Shown in pieces: positions 43,779-46,773 of a stretch of DNA of 46,773 bases. This DNA comes from an archaeon (GTDB taxonomy: Archaea > Nanobdellota > Nanobdellia > Woesearchaeales > GW2011-AR9): NCBI GenBank assembly GCA_002686315.1, contig NZBO01000003.1, positions 1-46,773 on the forward strand. The letters run 5' to 3'. The translations under genes were made by a program, and so were the position numbers. Position 1 is the first letter of the stretch; each line of letters starts with the position of its first letter. The notes beneath the pieces are model-generated. The model was not told the origin of the DNA. It saw only the letters and a program-made list of their open reading frames with translations, and did no database searches.

Positions 43779-45227
43779 TTATTTTTTTATTAATATCATG
43801 AAAAACAATCCAATCATGGCAACAACTAAGACAACTGCTACAATGATCCCACCAATAAAGAGATCTTCAATGGTGTATGGATCTTCAATTGATTGTGGTA
43901 CAACTGCACTTCCTGTTACGGAATTTGTCTCGGTGCTTGCTTCCGGCTCTTCATTTGAATCAGTTCCTGCTGCTGGTTCTGTTGTTTCTGCAGATTGTGT
44001 TGGCTGTGTTGGCGTTCTGTTTGGTCGCACAACCGGTGTTGGTGCTGCTGAAGGACATGCTTCTACTACAAGTTCAATTCTTTTGAAATCCTGCGTTTCA
44101 TCACGATCAATGAACACATTTGCATCGACATTGTACGTTTTCGCTGTCAGGCCTGCCGGGACTGTATAGGTAATACTTCGTCGCCAGGTATCATCTTCAT
44201 CAAATTCTTCTAATGCGAAATCAGGGAAATTTTCACTAATGTCAAGATCTGCGTTTTCAACGGTAACTACTGTGTGGTCTTGATCATCTGTTCCAAAATT
44301 TTGAATTTCAAGATCGAGTGTGTAGGTGTTTCCTTCACATGCCTGAACTGTTGCTGGTGAGAATCGTGTTTGTGTAAATCGAACGTCATCTTTTTCTCGT
44401 TTCAATTCAAGTTTAACTTTCCGTTCAATTTCATAGTCAACATCTTTCCCATCTTCGCCTGTAAGCTTGAACTCAAGATTGTAATCTCCTGAATTTGCAT
44501 CTTCTGGAATGGTGAACCGTACGGTGATTTCGTCCTTTTTATCGGCTTTGATATCGCTAAAATCATAGGTGTCTGTGAAATCACTTGGGAAAATGTCGTC
44601 ATCATCTGCATCGATTTCAATCTCGATTTTTTCAAGTTCAGATTCGTCATAATCATCGTTATCAAACAAATTTTCAACCTCAAATGTTAAGATTAATTCT
44701 GTTCCAGGTTTCACATCATTATCAAGCGTGAAACTTGTTTCGGTTTGTGCATCAAAATCATCATCACGGTTTTTTCCATCTTCATCAACATAATCTACGG
44801 TGATTTCTTTAAATGAAAGCATGTTCAATGTATTTTGAACGAGGGGAGCGGTTACTGTATTGCTTGCTTCCAATTTAATGGTACCAATAGAAGATCTACC
44901 TGGATTCTTGTCATGCGGTGCCTCAATGTTGAATTCAACTTGCGTACTTGCACCAGCTGCTACTGTCACTTCTTGGTTTGCAGATCGATAATCACCTGGT
45001 AATCCTTCCGCGCTAATTGTGATAATTTCTTCTGCATCGCCGTTATTTGTTATGGTAAATGCATTTGTTGTTTCTATGATACGTTCTTCATCTTCTTCAT
45101 CAAATTTAGAATAGTCAACTTCTACAAGAAGATCGCCGTTGTCTAATCCGTCTGTAATTTCAATATTTGCTGATACCGTAACTGCTAATAGAACGAGTAC
45201 AAGCAAAGGTGTTAATAGTTGCTTCAT
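43779..45227 (-). CDS. Acidic cell-surface protein (482 aa), paralogue of the downstream giant protein; Pro/Thr-rich stalk and C-terminal TM anchor
   Basis: Signal peptide LLTPLLVLVLLAVTVSA, modules alignable to the 1131-aa protein, stalk PSAAPTPVVRPNRTPTQPTQSAETTEP, and anchor FIGGIIVAVVLVVAMIGLFFMILIKK. Confidence 0.75.
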   Translation of the reverse strand: MKQLLTPLLVLVLLAVTVSANIEITDGLDNGDLLVEVDYSKFDEEDEERIIETTNAFTITNNGDAEEIITISAEGLPGDYRSANQEVTVAAGASTQVEFNIEAPHDKNPGRSSIGTIKLEASNTVTAPLVQNTLNMLSFKEITVDYVDEDGKNRDDDFDAQTETSFTLDNDVKPGTELILTFEVENLFDNDDYDESELEKIEIEIDADDDDIFPSDFTDTYDFSDIKADKKDEITVRFTIPEDANSGDYNLEFKLTGEDGKDVDYEIERKVKLELKREKDDVRFTQTRFSPATVQACEGNTYTLDLEIQNFGTDDQDHTVVTVENADLDISENFPDFALEEFDEDDTWRRSITYTVPAGLTAKTYNVDANVFIDRDETQDFKRIELVVEACPSAAPTPVVRPNRTPTQPTQSAETTEPAAGTDSNEEPEASTETNSVTGSAVVPQSIEDPYTIEDLFIGGIIVAVVLVVAMIGLFFMILIKK

Positions 45228-45430
45228 TGTAATTTTAATCGCCCCCGATTATGTTTTTATTCCTCAGTAGTTACTTTATTTAAAAAGGTATCGGTGATAA
45301 CCAGTTATTTGGCATTTTTCCTTTCCCTTTCATACTGTTCTAGAAGGCGGAACGATATATAGTATTGTGGTGGAACGATGGTGTTTAGGTAGATTTTGCA
45401 TGAACGTTATAATACAAGAAAAAATAAAAT

Positions 45431-45946
45431 TCACTTATTCCCAAAGTAAAACATTTTCTCCACCGCGACATCTTCCACGTTATAATCACCGCCTTTCGGG
45501 TGTGCTTCTTTCTCTGGTGCAGGTGCTGCTTCCGGTGATTCCTGCGATGGAACTGGTTCAGGTACTTTGTCCGCAACAATTTCTTTGACTGTCGGGATAC
45601 TTGCTAACCGTACTTTATTCTTAAGCGTACTTACTTCTCGTTCTAAATTTGCCACTTTTTCATGGAATCCTTTCAGTTGGCTTACGATATATTCCGTATT
45701 TTGTTTCAAAATATCTTTGATTTGATCTTGTGATAACGCTACCTGACTTGTTTCTTCCACTGGTTCGGGAGATTTTTGTTCTTGAACTTTGTGCAATGTA
45801 TCCTTCATCTCGTTATATTCTTGCGCATTCCCTTTGTAAATTTGTTCCGCTTGCGCGATTGCATTCTCTCGATCAGATGCGAGACCTTGTTTCATAAGTT
45901 CAAGCGCTAAAGAATTAATTTTTTGAATTTGTTCTACGTTCATCAT
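45431..45946 (-). CDS. Hypothetical coiled-coil protein (171 aa)
   Basis: SD-like AGAGGTAGGT immediately upstream of the ATG. Helical N-terminal and central segments and a Pro/Glu-rich linker. No recognised domain. Confidence 0.55.
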   Translation of the reverse strand: MMNVEQIQKINSLALELMKQGLASDRENAIAQAEQIYKGNAQEYNEMKDTLHKVQEQKSPEPVEETSQVALSQDQIKDILKQNTEYIVSQLKGFHEKVANLEREVSTLKNKVRLASIPTVKEIVADKVPEPVPSQESPEAAPAPEKEAHPKGGDYNVEDVAVEKMFYFGNK

Positions 45947-46036
45947 ACCTACCTCTTTTGTTGTAGAATAACTATTTTCCCTTCTTTATTAATGATTTCT
46001 ATTCTAGGGAGTATACAATTAAAGAAAAATCTGTAC

Positions 46037-46183
46037 CTACGCTCCACAAACAAGCGGAATTTTGAACGGAATGACTTCTGTTGTTCCCAGATAGACAAGA
46101 ACGAGCCCGACAACAATTCCAATAAACAACCCGGTCATGAAATACTTAAACTCAATAATACCTAGTTGGCCTCTTTTTTTCAT
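46037..46183 (-). CDS. Unannotated small membrane protein (48 aa: MKKRGQLGIIEFKYFMTGLFIGIVVGLVLVYLGTTEVIPFKIPLVCGA)
   Basis: TTTATAAG (46205-46212 on the - strand) lies 21 nt upstream of the ATG, matching the leaderless spacing. One clear TM helix. Below the ORF-track size cutoff. Confidence 0.45.
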   Translation of the reverse strand: MKKRGQLGIIEFKYFMTGLFIGIVVGLVLVYLGTTEVIPFKIPLVCGA

Positions 46184-46296
46184 AGATGAAGTAAATATTT
46201 GTCGCTTATAAATGTTTCGTTTAGCTCTCCAAAAACAAAAGCTTTATATACGATGGGCAAAAATGATATTTAAAACTATCTATATGAGGTTCTCCA

Positions 46297-46773
46297 ATGC
46301 GACGAAAAATACTCAAAGAATGTACTGAATGCGCGAGTAAAAACATTTATCGGAATGTGGAGCGTGGCGAGACAACATGCAGAGATTGTGGTTTAGTTAT
46401 TGAAGATCGTATGGTTGATTTCTCACAAGAATGGCGAGATTTCGCGGATGATGGATCATCTGGACAAAAACGACGAACGGGAGCGCCAACCTCACACACA
46501 AGTTTCGATCAAGGTCTTGGGACCGAAGTTGGATCAACCTCCGATTTCTATAAATTAGGATCAGATAGAGAACGAGACAGGTTCTTCCGATTACGAAAAT
46601 GGAACATTCGAATTAGCACGGCAATCGAGCGAAATTTGAAAGTGGCACTTGCTGAACTTAAGAGAGTAAGTTCATTTTTACGATTACCTCGTTCAGTAGA
46701 AGAAGAAGCGGCACGAATTTATCGGAGAGCTGTGCAGAAAGGTCTTGTGAGAGGAAGATCAATGGAATCTGTT
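46297..46773 (+). CDS. tfb: Transcription initiation factor TFB (TFIIB homologue), 5' partial at the window end
   Basis: Zn-ribbon CTEC...CRDCG, B-reader/linker RTGAPTSHTSFDQGLGTEVG, and the start of the cyclin fold (ERNLKVALAELKRV, EEAARIYRRAVQKGLVRGRS). SD GAGGT (46286-46290). The ORF runs off the window. Confidence 0.9.
   Translation, partial: MRRKILKECTECASKNIYRNVERGETTCRDCGLVIEDRMVDFSQEWRDFADDGSSGQKRRTGAPTSHTSFDQGLGTEVGSTSDFYKLGSDRERDRFFRLRKWNIRISTAIERNLKVALAELKRVSSFLRLPRSVEEEAARIYRRAVQKGLVRGRSMESV

Noticed and set aside
1-46773. CRISPR arrays, IS elements, integrases, prophage or plasmid modules, rRNA genes
   Set aside because: I scanned intergenic regions and ORF translations. I found no spaced direct repeats, no transposase, integrase or Cas-like motifs, and no rRNA-like conserved segments.

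Overview
This is a gene-dense, AT-rich window from an archaeal genome of compact, DPANN-like style. Archaeal markers include TFB/TFIIB, family B DNA polymerase, ribosomal protein S8e, membrane LonB, a TrmB regulator, AMP phosphorylase, Rad50 with a zinc hook, ScpA, and a tRNA with BHB introns. I call about 45 CDS and one tRNA. I saw no rRNA, CRISPR array, transposase or integrase. Several convergent genes abut or overlap by a few nt (3418/3419, 15545-15552, 20323/20326, 35938-35945). Most genes carry a TTTATAWA-type TATA box ending 21-24 nt before the start codon, which implies leaderless mRNAs. That spacing let me correct several over-extended ORF-track starts. The main hunt results are listed here. 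(1) The RNase HII gene is interrupted exactly inside its catalytic DEAGRGP motif by a 30-nt in-frame insert with two stop codons, and the insert folds into a bulge-helix-bulge motif, so it is a candidate mRNA intron. (2) tRNA-Val(UAC) carries two canonical BHB introns, at 37/38 and in the T-loop at 59/60. (3) A long RelA/SpoT homologue has an intact synthetase domain but a degenerate hydrolase domain. (4) Two tandem HIT-like proteins both lack the nucleophilic middle histidine. (5) An RNase HIII-like gene sits next to rnhB. (6) An unannotated pair of translationally coupled micro-ORFs lies behind a promoter flanked by three copies of a 9-mer. (7) Two paralogous, very acidic, C-terminally anchored surface proteins are encoded in tandem. 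(8) A promoter-supported 48-aa membrane protein is missing from the ORF track. All functional calls come from reading motifs by eye, and no database search was run.
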